This document shows positions 1 to 10,144 of a stretch of 62,212 bases of DNA, in pieces. The stretch is from a virus. Its lineage: Duplodnaviria > Caudoviricetes. The notes below the pieces were generated by a model. That model ran no database searches. It had not been told where the DNA came from and saw only the letters and a list, made by a program, of their open reading frames with translations. The position numbers and the translations under genes were made by a program. Location of the stretch: positions 1-62,212 of IMG/VR virus record IMGVR_UViG_3300025138_000039, one strand, 5' to 3'. The stretch's first letter is position 1. Each line of letters begins with the position of its first letter.

Positions 1-1
1 C

Positions 2-1801
2 GAGAGAACAAGGGGAGAGTATCGTTACGAAGCAATCATTACATTTATCGATAAGTCTCAAATATTCTTAAGAAATCTCTTGATGCAGATGGAATCGAAT
101 ATCTCAGACCTTAAGGTTCAGAGAGAGTTTCTATTTAGACAATCCCGATACGACAGGATCAATGATAGTTTAAAACCTGGAGTCTCTGTAGCGAACATAT
201 TCTCATCATCAATTGAGAATTACTATCAGAATTTATCTATTCTTATGGATATCGATGATGAGACAAAGACCAGATTAATTAAAGATAAGAGAGCGGCTTT
301 GACCTCAGATAATTACACGAATAAAGAAGCGGAAAGGTTCATATCTGACTACTCAAGCCTTGCGAGTAGATTAACAAGAAGGTTTGATATCCAAAAGAAG
401 ACAGAAAGATTAACAAATAGAGCACGACCAAACAATTCCCTACCTCCTGGATTCATAACAATCAAGCACGTATTTTCAAATACTGTTAAGTTTGACAACG
501 TCGTCGCTTCATATGATTTTCTTGGTATCCAATCAAACAAGTCATTGGTATCTTTAACAAAAGATCAATATATTAAGAGAGCAGATTTGGAAGTCAGTAG
601 ATTCTTCGACACCAACCGCTCCACAACCTCAACAGACCTAGCGGACCTTGACAAGCAAGATATGATGGCGATAAAAGATTTAAGCTCTTCCAAGGTCTCA
701 TTCTTTTCCCCACTTAGCTTTAAGTACAAGTCTCAAAGTAAAGATTTAACATCTTTGCAAAATCTAGACGTAAACGGAATATCAATAAATTTCATAACTC
801 ATATGTCCGAGAAACAATCTAATCCTCAATTCTCTTCCGCAGCGATCCGAAAAGAAGAAAAGTCCCAAACCAAACCATCAAAAAGAAAAAACAGAAGAGT
901 CATGAAGAAGAGGAGATTAGGAAGATCTATATTTAACTTTAAGAGAACTCCATTCAAAATAAACAATCTCAAACCAGAAGAGTATTTGGAAGTGTCGAGA
1001 TATCTCGGCCAAAACTCCGAAATGGTCAATGTTGATTCGAATTTGGATGACGCCATCTTGAGCCCACAAACCGAACAGGTTATGACTAAATTAGCTACAA
1101 CTAATGGCCTAAGTGTAAAGAGAGAAAAGGCCACTTTCGATTTACAAACTAAGAATAATGTTTTCGAAAAATTCAAGTCTTCCCCCAAGTTTGATCGAAA
1201 GAAGTTGACCATGATGCCTATCTCAATTAAAGCGCTGATTAACTCACGCTCAACGGGCGCGAAGAATAATATTTTAGAGTCCGAATCGGACATTCTCAAA
1301 GATGCTGAGACAAAAATCGCAACAGAGATGATCTTTCATGCAACCCAGAAGGTTCAATACTTTTCCGGATTTGAAGTAGACTCAAATGGCCTCCCAGACA
1401 TATCTCAGCCAAAGTGGGAAGATATTACTCCGATTTCTCTAGAGAGAAACAGTCGCTTACTTTGCAGAATGAGATATACACAAATCCCAGAACTAGGCAT
1501 TGGACCTGCGTCGGAATTGAAACTACTTGCTCAAAATGAAATATTTGCTATATCTAACGAACCACTCGCTAGCATACTGACTCCTATTTTAGATACTGAA
1601 GAGAGTTTGAGTCTAGAGCAGGAACTCCCAGAGATAAAAGACATCGTCTATGCTTCATCGAATTACGTTAAGCAAAATAATTCTAGACAAAATCAACTAG
1701 TGGATTCTCAAGCACGAACAGTCGGATCTCGAAGACAAGCAGTCGGATCTCGAAGACAATCAACTGGAGGAACAACGAATGCCCAAAGTAGTCGTTACTG
1801 A
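2..1801 (+). CDS. Hypothetical protein, probably virion structural; 5'-truncated
   Basis: Frame is open from position 2 (ERTRGEYRYE...) through the listed TTG at 80; lies in a run of baseplate-like genes. Confidence 0.6.
   Translation, partial: ERTRGEYRYEAIITFIDKSQIFLRNLLMQMESNISDLKVQREFLFRQSRYDRINDSLKPGVSVANIFSSSIENYYQNLSILMDIDDETKTRLIKDKRAALTSDNYTNKEAERFISDYSSLASRLTRRFDIQKKTERLTNRARPNNSLPPGFITIKHVFSNTVKFDNVVASYDFLGIQSNKSLVSLTKDQYIKRADLEVSRFFDTNRSTTSTDLADLDKQDMMAIKDLSSSKVSFFSPLSFKYKSQSKDLTSLQNLDVNGISINFITHMSEKQSNPQFSSAAIRKEEKSQTKPSKRKNRRVMKKRRLGRSIFNFKRTPFKINNLKPEEYLEVSRYLGQNSEMVNVDSNLDDAILSPQTEQVMTKLATTNGLSVKREKATFDLQTKNNVFEKFKSSPKFDRKKLTMMPISIKALINSRSTGAKNNILESESDILKDAETKIATEMIFHATQKVQYFSGFEVDSNGLPDISQPKWEDITPISLERNSRLLCRMRYTQIPELGIGPASELKLLAQNEIFAISNEPLASILTPILDTEESLSLEQELPEIKDIVYASSNYVKQNNSRQNQLVDSQARTVGSRRQAVGSRRQSTGGTTNAQSSRY
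1720..1761 (+). repeat. 21-bp tandem duplication (VGSRRQA/VGSRRQS)
   Basis: agtcggatctcgaagacaa occurs twice in tandem, in frame. Confidence 0.9.
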
Positions 1802-3779
1802 TAATTTAAAAGACGCCGCCTTATTAGCTTCAGGTAGAGGCCTCATCGTCGCTGATGCAAGCCAGTCTACGCAGAAAATTGAAGCGCCCGGTGGTGTAAA
1901 GAAGTATAATGTACAATTCCTCAATAGTGAAATCAAGCACGACGAAGAATTGTCTTATGAAGTTGCAAGGATTAAAGTCAAGCCAATTATAACAATGTCC
2001 AATTTCGCCTCCAGCATCAGGTCAGACTTCTCAAGTGGTCCAAGATCAAATCACTATTTCAAAATGCCGGATATGGTTGACCTAGCTTCGACACATACTG
2101 AGGAATATTCAACTTCCAAATCCCAAGCTTCATACTCTTTCGAAACAATATTTAACTATATCTCAGAAGAATACGACAAACTACAAGTAGGAATATCGGA
2201 ATATAATCTATATGCACCATTTGACAGGCCATCGAAGCGAGATTTCTTAGAGGTCCAACGCCGAAACACCGGAGCTATAAACTTCGGACGCGGAAGTCGA
2301 ATGAAGAACTTTGTAGTGCCGACTATGAAAGTTCAACAAGGAACAGAAGAGTCTCCATATTATAATTATCTTAGAATCAATCAGCGATTAGATAATGGTA
2401 TTTCACATTTCGCAGTAAAGCTTGGGATTTTCGATGAACTATTGCAGGATTATTTATTTGGAGATCGAACCGATACATCGTTCGATATCCAACAAGGCCA
2501 AAGTGTATCTCAGGACTCCACGGTTCCCATATATAACTTGCAATCATTCTTAACAACAGATAGGGAGTTGGACTTAGACAATTTCTTTACACTGAATGAG
2601 TCCATACGCTCCTCTAGGATGTCTTTGGGTTTACGTAAGCACTTGATGAAGGGTTTCATAAAGGATACCTCCAGCACCGGATTTCGAACTTATAGAGATA
2701 TTTACAACAACCTCGAGGCTCACAAAGAAGTGTTCTGCTATTCCATTGATAAGCATGACGGCGCTGTTCTTGATAGTACAAAAATTCAAACACTATATGC
2801 ACCCGCACTTAATGATTCAACACCAATCGTGGATACCCAAGTTAAGTATGGAAAGTACTACACCTACAAGATAACTGGTCACTATATGGTTGTAGGAAAC
2901 AACTATGAATACAGGGAACTTTCACGTTCAGAAGATCCTGAAGACGAGCACGTGATTATCGAAGTTGTCAATAGACCAAGTGTTGTTATTATGCCGTTTC
3001 ACATTTTTTCTCAAAAAATAAATATTGTGCAGATGCCTCCAGTGTATCCGCAAGTATCATTTAAAACAAAGAACAATTCAAGCAAATCGATATCGATGTA
3101 CCTCTCCCCTACAAAAGCCGAGATGAAATCTCCCTTCATAAGGATTACTAGCGACGACGATATTCAACTACGAGAACTGGATAGACTACCAAATGCTCGA
3201 GATCTCAATGGTAATTTTAGATTTAAGACATATGGAGACCAAGGATTGTTCGAAGTCTTCAGGCTAGATTATGCACCTAAGTCCTTTTCTGACTTTAGCA
3301 ATGCGAAGATTGGAGAGATAAGCATGCCATTCAAATCCATGGATGCTATCTTTGAAGATGTTGTTATTCCAAATAAAAAATATTATTATTTATTCAGATC
3401 GATCAATCAAAAAGGTCTAGTATCGAATCCAACATCTGTCTATGAAGCGACACTGTTGGTTGATGCAGATGATTCGGAAATCATAACAGACACGTATCAT
3501 TTTCCAAAACCTAGAGATATGGAATCAGCTCTTGGATTTAGGAAACTACTTAGAGTAACCCCAGCGGTCGAGCACATACTATTTGACGCCGCCCAAGATG
3601 CATTGTTTGGAAAGACAACTCTTGTGGGCACCTTAGACAATTTAAAACTTGGAATTAGAGACAAGGCAGTATGGGGCAGAAAATTCAAAATTCGAATAAA
3701 ATCGAAAACCTCGGGCAAAATGATAGACATTATTTTGAACGTTGACTTAACAAAAAACAAAACAGAAGAAGAATTCTAA
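1779..3779 (+). CDS. Hypothetical virion protein (beta-rich, FnIII-like segments)
   Basis: GGAGG RBS; segments DTQVKYGKYYTYKI and DVVIPNKKYYYLFRSIN resemble FnIII-type strands; structural context. Confidence 0.5.
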   Translation: MPKVVVTDNLKDAALLASGRGLIVADASQSTQKIEAPGGVKKYNVQFLNSEIKHDEELSYEVARIKVKPIITMSNFASSIRSDFSSGPRSNHYFKMPDMVDLASTHTEEYSTSKSQASYSFETIFNYISEEYDKLQVGISEYNLYAPFDRPSKRDFLEVQRRNTGAINFGRGSRMKNFVVPTMKVQQGTEESPYYNYLRINQRLDNGISHFAVKLGIFDELLQDYLFGDRTDTSFDIQQGQSVSQDSTVPIYNLQSFLTTDRELDLDNFFTLNESIRSSRMSLGLRKHLMKGFIKDTSSTGFRTYRDIYNNLEAHKEVFCYSIDKHDGAVLDSTKIQTLYAPALNDSTPIVDTQVKYGKYYTYKITGHYMVVGNNYEYRELSRSEDPEDEHVIIEVVNRPSVVIMPFHIFSQKINIVQMPPVYPQVSFKTKNNSSKSISMYLSPTKAEMKSPFIRITSDDDIQLRELDRLPNARDLNGNFRFKTYGDQGLFEVFRLDYAPKSFSDFSNAKIGEISMPFKSMDAIFEDVVIPNKKYYYLFRSINQKGLVSNPTSVYEATLLVDADDSEIITDTYHFPKPRDMESALGFRKLLRVTPAVEHILFDAAQDALFGKTTLVGTLDNLKLGIRDKAVWGRKFKIRIKSKTSGKMIDIILNVDLTKNKTEEEF

Positions 3780-3786
3780 TAAATAA

Positions 3787-3794
3787 GCTATTTA
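3787..3794 (+). promoter_or_regulatory. Putative late promoter GCTATTTA
   Basis: Member of the recurring (A/G)CTATTTA motif found upstream of structural genes. Confidence 0.55.
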
Positions 3795-3821
3795 GGGTTT
3801 AGAATCGTAGGAGAAAATTTA

Positions 3822-4760
3822 ATGGGCTTTTTGGACAACAGTGGAGACATCATTCTTGATGTAGTTTTGACGGACCACGGTCGAATGTTATTAGCGAAAG
3901 GAGATGGATCCTTTCAAATTACAAAGTTTGCACTTTGTGACGAAGAGATCGATTATTCTTTATATGACAAGAACCACCCAAGTGGGTCTGCATATTATGA
4001 CTTAGAAATTCTCCAAGCTCCCATTTTGGAAGCTTTCACGAATAACGGGTCAACTATGAAAACTCGTCTTCAAACTTACACCAACATGGAATTACTATTC
4101 TTACCTGTGCTTAGGTTGAACGAGAGAGTAAGCATTAACAAACGAGCTTCAAATGGAGCATACATGATACCAGTCAATGCAGAAACCGAAGACAATTCAG
4201 GCTCGAGTACATCATTGACCGGCATTGGAAGAAACGCAGATGGATCAATCCGCGAAGGATTTTTATTTGGTGAATCTTTAGTTGGTACGATCATCAAAGT
4301 CGACGAGGGTTTAGATACAACTGAAATTTCTCCCAAACGACGCCTAGATGATGAATTAAAAGAAACAAGTTACTCAATACAAATGGACAATAGACTTTGC
4401 AAGCTAGTAGATTCCCAAGGAACACTTGCTGCATTTGATTATTTAGACGATGATAACATCGCATACTACACCGTTGACCTTGGCGACACTTTTATAACAG
4501 ATATTACTGACGATACAGTGAGTGCTTCTGAAGTAATCCAAGGGCCACGCGGAACTCGATTAGAATTCAGACTACAATCCTCAATGGACTTAAATACAAG
4601 TTCGTATTTGTTTGAACAGTTGGGCGGAACTGTAACAATGCCCACACAGACACCACCAGCAGGAACCGCTGTTACTCTATTTATTGATTCTAATATCAGA
4701 GTCGTTGGCGTCAAAACGGGAGTCATGATGGACATCCCAGTAAGATTTTTGAGATTATAG
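3822..4760 (+). CDS. Putative baseplate/tail structural protein
   Basis: N-terminus ILDVVLTDHGRMLLAKG..FQITKFALCDEEIDY resembles the LTxxG..LA motif of myovirus baseplate/fibre-attachment proteins. Confidence 0.55.
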   Translation: MGFLDNSGDIILDVVLTDHGRMLLAKGDGSFQITKFALCDEEIDYSLYDKNHPSGSAYYDLEILQAPILEAFTNNGSTMKTRLQTYTNMELLFLPVLRLNERVSINKRASNGAYMIPVNAETEDNSGSSTSLTGIGRNADGSIREGFLFGESLVGTIIKVDEGLDTTEISPKRRLDDELKETSYSIQMDNRLCKLVDSQGTLAAFDYLDDDNIAYYTVDLGDTFITDITDDTVSASEVIQGPRGTRLEFRLQSSMDLNTSSYLFEQLGGTVTMPTQTPPAGTAVTLFIDSNIRVVGVKTGVMMDIPVRFLRL

Positions 4761-4778
4761 AATAACAAGGGAAAACAA

Positions 4779-5867
4779 ATGACTTTCAAACCATTAAACG
4801 AAAATGATACAGTAAATACTAGAACACTTCTTCATGAAGCAATCCCTTTAACCGGCGCGATTGTTAGTGGGACATATGGTACAAACAACATCAAAACATA
4901 CTCACACGGAATGTTCGAGTCTGTCTATGATTATCCATACCTTAGCTCCTCAGCGAATCACATTTTTGATCTTACAGCTGGATTGCATCCTGATGGGCCC
5001 TTAGCTTCCACTGATACGCAATTTACAAAGAAGCGCAACATCTACAATCAAATGGCCCAAGTTCTAATGGGTTACGATGCAACCGGATCTATTCAAAAGT
5101 TTGATGAAGACGGCGATCTCTTAGCGGGCGGCGCAAAGATGCAAGAAGTAATTGTTATGCCTTTCTCGAGATTACTAACGAAAGATGAGATTAAGAAAGA
5201 GACTTTCGAGTTGACTCTTGGAATCAATTCTGGCTATGGCTCAGCAATGAATAGTTTAATTACAATTTCTGATGTTAGCGCTTCAAATGAATACAGAGTA
5301 AATTCACCCGCCGGTGATTATGGTATCCTATACGCTACAGCTTCAGCTGGTACTGATTTCTTAAACTTAGCAGCAACGAACACGCACACATCATCAATCG
5401 GCGGCGTTAAGTATTGGAATGCAGGATTGATTTTTTACCAAGCCGGAATTGTGGTCTTGACTGGTTCCATCTTTGGAGCTCAATTGAAAACCCCTGGGGT
5501 TGATATGGATCCGACAAACCTGGCTCACATTGACGAACTAATGACTGGTTCAACGATTGATCAGATATCGGATGCATTTCGACACAGAGTGTACAATATG
5601 CAATTCAACAACACAACCGAACTAAACTCAACTGTTTACTTTTGTCGTGTAAATCACAATGAGTTCAACTACTCTTCGAACCCAACTTACTTGAGCGGCT
5701 CGAGAATTCAAGTTAAAAACCAAGCAACTGACGAACCAGTTGCATATATCACCACAGTTGGTCTCTACAACGACAACAATGAATTGCTAGCAACCGCTAA
5801 ACTTTCAGAACCATTGAAGAAATCATCAAGTAACGAATTTACAATCCGCACACGATTGGACTACTAA
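4779..5867 (+). CDS. Putative baseplate wedge / fibre-attachment protein
   Basis: C-terminal YITTVGLYNDNNELLATAKLSEPLKK motif typical of tail-collar/baseplate proteins. Confidence 0.55.
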   Translation: MTFKPLNENDTVNTRTLLHEAIPLTGAIVSGTYGTNNIKTYSHGMFESVYDYPYLSSSANHIFDLTAGLHPDGPLASTDTQFTKKRNIYNQMAQVLMGYDATGSIQKFDEDGDLLAGGAKMQEVIVMPFSRLLTKDEIKKETFELTLGINSGYGSAMNSLITISDVSASNEYRVNSPAGDYGILYATASAGTDFLNLAATNTHTSSIGGVKYWNAGLIFYQAGIVVLTGSIFGAQLKTPGVDMDPTNLAHIDELMTGSTIDQISDAFRHRVYNMQFNNTTELNSTVYFCRVNHNEFNYSSNPTYLSGSRIQVKNQATDEPVAYITTVGLYNDNNELLATAKLSEPLKKSSSNEFTIRTRLDY

Positions 5868-5880
5868 TCGGAGGGCTTAT

Positions 5881-7026
5881 ATGTCTTATTATGAATTGAA
5901 GGACAATGATGTCTTCATTAACACCATAGAGGCGTATCCTAACTATAAGTTCTATATTCAAAGCGGGTCCATTTATATAAACGACCAACAAGCTGTTTCC
6001 GGAACTTATTCGGATAATATTCTTGGAGTACCAGAAGGTTTCATATCCCTGTTTGAATACAACGTCAACCGCGATGTAGGCGAGAGAATATATCCATTTG
6101 TGACAAAGAGTGGTCAAAAGCAAAAGTTTAAAACAATTTCAGATACAGACTTCAACACTCAGTTTGGATACGATGGCTCAATAATCTCTTCAAGTTACAA
6201 TATGTCTTCGTCAATCTCAAAGATTACGATAGACGCAACCACAGATACGGACTATAAGTATTTGAGATCATTGAAGTCTAGCTTTAACCATTATTCATTT
6301 TGGTCTCAACGTTTTAACTTCAGCAACTTTGAAACTCCAACTGTAAGTAATCCTGTTGTTCTTTTGAACGTTCCGTCTATCTTTTATGGAAACTCTCTAA
6401 AGAAAGGAGAGGTCACCCTAAATGCATATATTTCTGGAACTTTAGTTGGAACGCTCAATGATTCACGTCAAAATGGCGAACTAGTCCAGACATTCGGACC
6501 AACAACCGGTAGTGTTGAAGGCGTAGTTATGTATGACGAGGGAATCATAGTTTTAACTGGATCCTCCATTTTGGGCACAATGGGCAGCGGCCCACCGATA
6601 GATCAAAAGTGGACTTCATTCGGTTTTGGAATTGAGTCTGGAGAGACCATGACTCTGAAGCAACTCTCAGGATCTTACTCTCTAGAGTTTGACACAGTAT
6701 CTCAATTGCAAAACATGACGATTTTAGCAAAGGCTCCATATGGAGAACTCAATCACTCCAACAACCCAACATACTTGAAATACACAGGTCACGAGCCAAC
6801 CTACTCCACAAGCTCTTATCAGTTTATCGAGACCAATCGAGAGATTAAGAATGTCGTACCAGCAGCACAGACCGATGTCGAGCCACCATTTCAGAAAGAA
6901 ACTTATATTTCTAAGATCTGCATCTACGATAAGAACAAAAGACTCATTGGCATTTGCAAGCTAGCCACGCCAATCAGAAAGACTGAGGTCAACGAATATC
7001 TATTTAAAATGAAATTAGACTTGTAA
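5881..7026 (+). CDS. Putative baseplate protein, paralog of 4779-5867
   Basis: Shares G.v.Y..GI+VLTGS, E.N.S.NPTYL and YI..+.+Y.....L+...KL..P++K motifs with the upstream gene. Confidence 0.55.
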   Translation: MSYYELKDNDVFINTIEAYPNYKFYIQSGSIYINDQQAVSGTYSDNILGVPEGFISLFEYNVNRDVGERIYPFVTKSGQKQKFKTISDTDFNTQFGYDGSIISSSYNMSSSISKITIDATTDTDYKYLRSLKSSFNHYSFWSQRFNFSNFETPTVSNPVVLLNVPSIFYGNSLKKGEVTLNAYISGTLVGTLNDSRQNGELVQTFGPTTGSVEGVVMYDEGIIVLTGSSILGTMGSGPPIDQKWTSFGFGIESGETMTLKQLSGSYSLEFDTVSQLQNMTILAKAPYGELNHSNNPTYLKYTGHEPTYSTSSYQFIETNREIKNVVPAAQTDVEPPFQKETYISKICIYDKNKRLIGICKLATPIRKTEVNEYLFKMKLDL

Positions 7027-7049
7027 AACCCTCGCGTATGTGCTATAAT
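7021..7049 (+). promoter_or_regulatory. sigma70-type promoter TTGTAA-N17-TATAAT (extended -10)
   Basis: 17-nt spacer, TG before the -10, directly upstream of the ruvC RBS. Confidence 0.7.
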
Positions 7050-7066
7050 ATATAAAAGGAGCATTT

Positions 7067-7585
7067 ATGATTTTAGGCTTAGATGTCTCAACCTCAAGAA
7101 CCGGTTGGGCAATTATCACAGACGAAGGCGAATATGTCGACTCAGACTTCTTCAAGATGAAACCAAAGACGCCATTGGAAGAACGAGCAACTCTATTAGA
7201 GGAGCAGGTGCTCGAGCCTCTCTTCGCAAAGTACATAATCAACGAAGTCAGAATTGAAGAACCATTCTCAATGTTCTCAGGTGGAAAGACCACAGCAAAG
7301 ACTATGAGCTCCCTACAGCGGTTTAACGGCATGGTAAGTCTCTTGGCCTATCAACACTTAGGCAAACCTCCAACGATGGTTGGAGCCACAACAGCGCGCT
7401 CCAGATGCGGCATTAAGGTCCCAAGAGGAACAAAGGCAAAGGTTGTTGTCCTCCAGTGGGTCGATGAGAACATTGACCAGTTTGAAATGGTTTACACAAA
7501 ACACGGAAACCCAAAGCCGGGACTTGATGACGAAGCAGATGCAATCATTGTTGCGATGTCTCACTTTGATCTGCGAGAAAATTAA
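7067..7585 (+). CDS. ruvC: RuvC-like Holliday junction resolvase
   Basis: ILGLDVSTSRTGWA, VRIEE and DEADAI: the RuvC acidic catalytic residues. Confidence 0.9.
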   Translation: MILGLDVSTSRTGWAIITDEGEYVDSDFFKMKPKTPLEERATLLEEQVLEPLFAKYIINEVRIEEPFSMFSGGKTTAKTMSSLQRFNGMVSLLAYQHLGKPPTMVGATTARSRCGIKVPRGTKAKVVVLQWVDENIDQFEMVYTKHGNPKPGLDDEADAIIVAMSHFDLREN

Positions 7586-7595
7586 AGATTTTAAC

Positions 7596-7624
7596 TTGAC
7601 AAACATTTTCTAACGTGTTACCTT
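7596..7624 (+). promoter_or_regulatory. sigma70-type promoter TTGACA-N17-TACCTT
   Basis: Perfect -35, 17-nt spacer, TG-extended -10. Confidence 0.75.
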
Positions 7625-7643
7625 AATAAGACACGGAGGACAT

Positions 7644-8156
7644 ATGCAATACACAATTTTAATTCCCGGCGGTTTCAAGCCACCACACAAAGGTCACTAC
7701 GACTATATCAAGTTCTATCTCGACAACCCACAGGTCGATAAGGTCATCTTATTCTGTGGAGACAAGTCAAGAGACGGCGTCACGCTAGAGCAGACAGAAG
7801 CCGTTCTGAGTCTCTATGGACTAATGGCTCACCCCAAGTTAGACTATCGTCGTGCGATGATTAGAGAAGGCAAGAAGAAGACCTACACGAACCCTTTGGC
7901 TGACTGCTTTGACTGGGGTGATGAAAATGAAGATGTTAAGTTCGGTTTGGGTTGTTCTGGTAAAGACTGCCACTATCAAACATCGTTCGGTGACTACTTT
8001 TACGGAAACGAAAACTATGTATCCGCACCTAAGTTCGAGATGATTGATGAGATCTCCGCAACAGACTTCCGAGAAGCGTTGAGAAACAATGAATCAATCG
8101 CAAAGTTTTTGCCCGATGGAGTTAGTGATGAAGATGTTAGGACACTTTTTACTTGA
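7644..8156 (+). CDS. HxGH (cytidylyltransferase/NadD-like) nucleotidyltransferase
   Basis: PGGFKPPHKGH N-terminal motif and ISATDFR C-terminal motif. Confidence 0.85.
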   Translation: MQYTILIPGGFKPPHKGHYDYIKFYLDNPQVDKVILFCGDKSRDGVTLEQTEAVLSLYGLMAHPKLDYRRAMIREGKKKTYTNPLADCFDWGDENEDVKFGLGCSGKDCHYQTSFGDYFYGNENYVSAPKFEMIDEISATDFREALRNNESIAKFLPDGVSDEDVRTLFT

Positions 8157-8181
8157 CAAACCTTCTGTGACGTGTTACATT
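8153..8181 (+). promoter_or_regulatory. sigma70-type promoter TTGACA-N17-TACATT
   Basis: Perfect -35, 17-nt spacer, TG-extended -10. Confidence 0.75.
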
Positions 8182-8198
8182 ATAAACAGGAGGACATT

Positions 8199-9134
8199 AT
8201 GATCGAGGACAAAAGACAAATTGTAACCCAAGTTCTTGGGAGTTACTATCAAAAGGGTGATGAGCATTTGTATCATTGTCCTTACTGCAATCACCACAAA
8301 AAGAAAATGTCGGTGAACTTCGCAAACGGCTACTGGAAATGCTGGATTTGTGATGCGAGAGGCAAGAACATTTACCGAATTGTAAGAAAGTTCGGCACTT
8401 ACCAGCAACGACAAAAGTATCTTGAATTACAAGGACGACTCGATCTCAACGAGTTCGACAATTTATTCAGAGAACTTAACAGCATTGAAGAGAAGCAACA
8501 CATCGATTTACCCGAAGAGTTCATCTCATTGTGTAATAAAGACTTGCCTATCGAGACAACGGACGCATTCCGCTATCTATCGTCCCGAGGCATTGGTCGG
8601 AGAGAAATATTAAAATGGAAGATTGGCTATTGTAAGGAGGGTCGTTATGCAGGAAGAATTATTATACCGTCGTTTGACATGGATGGAGATTGCAATTACT
8701 TCATCGCTCGCAGTTACGTTGGGCATTCTTATAGGTACCTCAACCCTCCAGCGGATCGTGATATCGTATTTAATGAACTGATGATCGACTGGGACGAACC
8801 AATCGTTCTCGTCGAAGGTGTCTTTGATGCAATCGCAGCAGGAGAGAACGCCATCCCAATCCTCGGCTCGACACTTAGAGAGCAGTCTCGTTTGTTCCAA
8901 GCTATAGCTATCCACGACACTCCAGTCTACATGGCTCTTGACTATGACGCCGAAAAGAAAGCCGAATGGATTATCAAATCTCTTTTGAAGTATGACCTCG
9001 AAGTTTTCAAGATTCCAATTGACGAAGAAGATGTTGGAGAAATGGGCGAGAAAGAGTTTAAGGAAAGAATGCAAACAGCAGCACCAATCAAGAATGAAAT
9101 GTATTTCTTTGAAAAACTTTTAGAAAACATTTGA
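8199..9134 (+). CDS. dnaG: DNA primase (zinc finger + TOPRIM)
   Basis: CPYCNHH...CWIC zinc finger; YLSSRGI; RIIIP; VEGVFDA; ALDYD. ATG 8199 follows an AGGAGG RBS. Confidence 0.92.
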   Translation: MIEDKRQIVTQVLGSYYQKGDEHLYHCPYCNHHKKKMSVNFANGYWKCWICDARGKNIYRIVRKFGTYQQRQKYLELQGRLDLNEFDNLFRELNSIEEKQHIDLPEEFISLCNKDLPIETTDAFRYLSSRGIGRREILKWKIGYCKEGRYAGRIIIPSFDMDGDCNYFIARSYVGHSYRYLNPPADRDIVFNELMIDWDEPIVLVEGVFDAIAAGENAIPILGSTLREQSRLFQAIAIHDTPVYMALDYDAEKKAEWIIKSLLKYDLEVFKIPIDEEDVGEMGEKEFKERMQTAAPIKNEMYFFEKLLENI

Positions 9135-9159
9135 CAAGTCAATTGAAACACGTTATCTT
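9131..9159 (+). promoter_or_regulatory. sigma70-type promoter TTGACA-N17-TATCTT
   Basis: Perfect -35 and 17-nt spacer; the TTG listed as an ORF start is part of the -35 box. Confidence 0.7.
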
Positions 9160-9181
9160 ATATAGAACAATGGAGGACAAC

Positions 9182-10012
9182 ATGGGTGGTAACATCTTTA
9201 AAAACATCGCATCGGCAATTCCTAGAGATAGAGTTGAACCAACAATAGAAGCCTACACGAAGGTACTCGGAGAGATCTTTCCAATGAAAGCTCATTCTCT
9301 CTCCTTCTTCGAACCAGTAGGTTCTGCTGGAAAGAAACCAATCTCCGGAGATCTTGACCTAGCCATTGATGCGACTCACATAGTTCGGTCATTTACAAGT
9401 TCAGAAATAGGCAAGTGGGGAATTGAGTGGGACGATTGGAATGATCTCTACACAAAGATACATAAGCGCTCACGCACAGCAACTTATCAAATGTCTAAGA
9501 TGCGTGCTTTATTGACCTTAATCTCTGCAAAACTTACGGAGAAGATGGATGTGAATGATAGAGTTACTGCTGGTAACATCTTTACATGTTTTGAACAACA
9601 TGACGAGTCCGGCCCAACTGGAGACTTCGTTCAAGTCGATTGGATGGTCGGAGACATCGATTGGCTTAGGTGGTCTTACTATTCTCATGGAGAACAAGGT
9701 CTCAAAGGACTACATAGAACCCAGTTCTTGGTTGCACTATTCTCAGAGATTGGATACACATTTAATCACTTTTCCGGCATCAAAGAGAAAAAGACCTCAG
9801 AATGGGCAATTACGTCGCCTGAGGATGCACTACAGCTTCTTTCAGAGCACTACGGAATGGTAGAACATAGCCAAACTCAAACATTCGCTCAGCTCCATTC
9901 TTGGCTGCTTAAATCAGATTCAACCTCTTATTTCAAGGTTATTTCTCGCTATAGAGAAATCTTGAAAGTTCAAAAAGAAAACATTCCAAATGCACTCAGT
10001 CATACTATTTAG
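9182..10012 (+). CDS. Pol-beta superfamily nucleotidyltransferase
   Basis: VGSAGKKPISGDLDLAID (hGS...DxD) plus a third Asp in VQVDWM; ATG 9182 follows GGAGG. Confidence 0.8.
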   Translation: MGGNIFKNIASAIPRDRVEPTIEAYTKVLGEIFPMKAHSLSFFEPVGSAGKKPISGDLDLAIDATHIVRSFTSSEIGKWGIEWDDWNDLYTKIHKRSRTATYQMSKMRALLTLISAKLTEKMDVNDRVTAGNIFTCFEQHDESGPTGDFVQVDWMVGDIDWLRWSYYSHGEQGLKGLHRTQFLVALFSEIGYTFNHFSGIKEKKTSEWAITSPEDALQLLSEHYGMVEHSQTQTFAQLHSWLLKSDSTSYFKVISRYREILKVQKENIPNALSHTI

Positions 10013-10022
10013 AAATGAATGT

Positions 10023-10098
10023 GGGGGGTTAGCTCAGTTGGGAGAGCATCTGCTTTGCACGCAGGGGGTCAGGAGTTCAAATCTCCTACTCTCCACCA
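10023..10098 (+). tRNA. tRNA-Ala (TGC), CCA encoded
   Basis: 76-nt cloverleaf; anticodon loop TT-TGC-AC; G3:U70 Ala identity pair; TTCAAAT T-loop; ACCA end. Confidence 0.97.
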
Positions 10099-10144
10099 TT
10101 TTTTAGAACTTAAGTTCGATTCGGAGCTCTCACACCTCCTCTAG

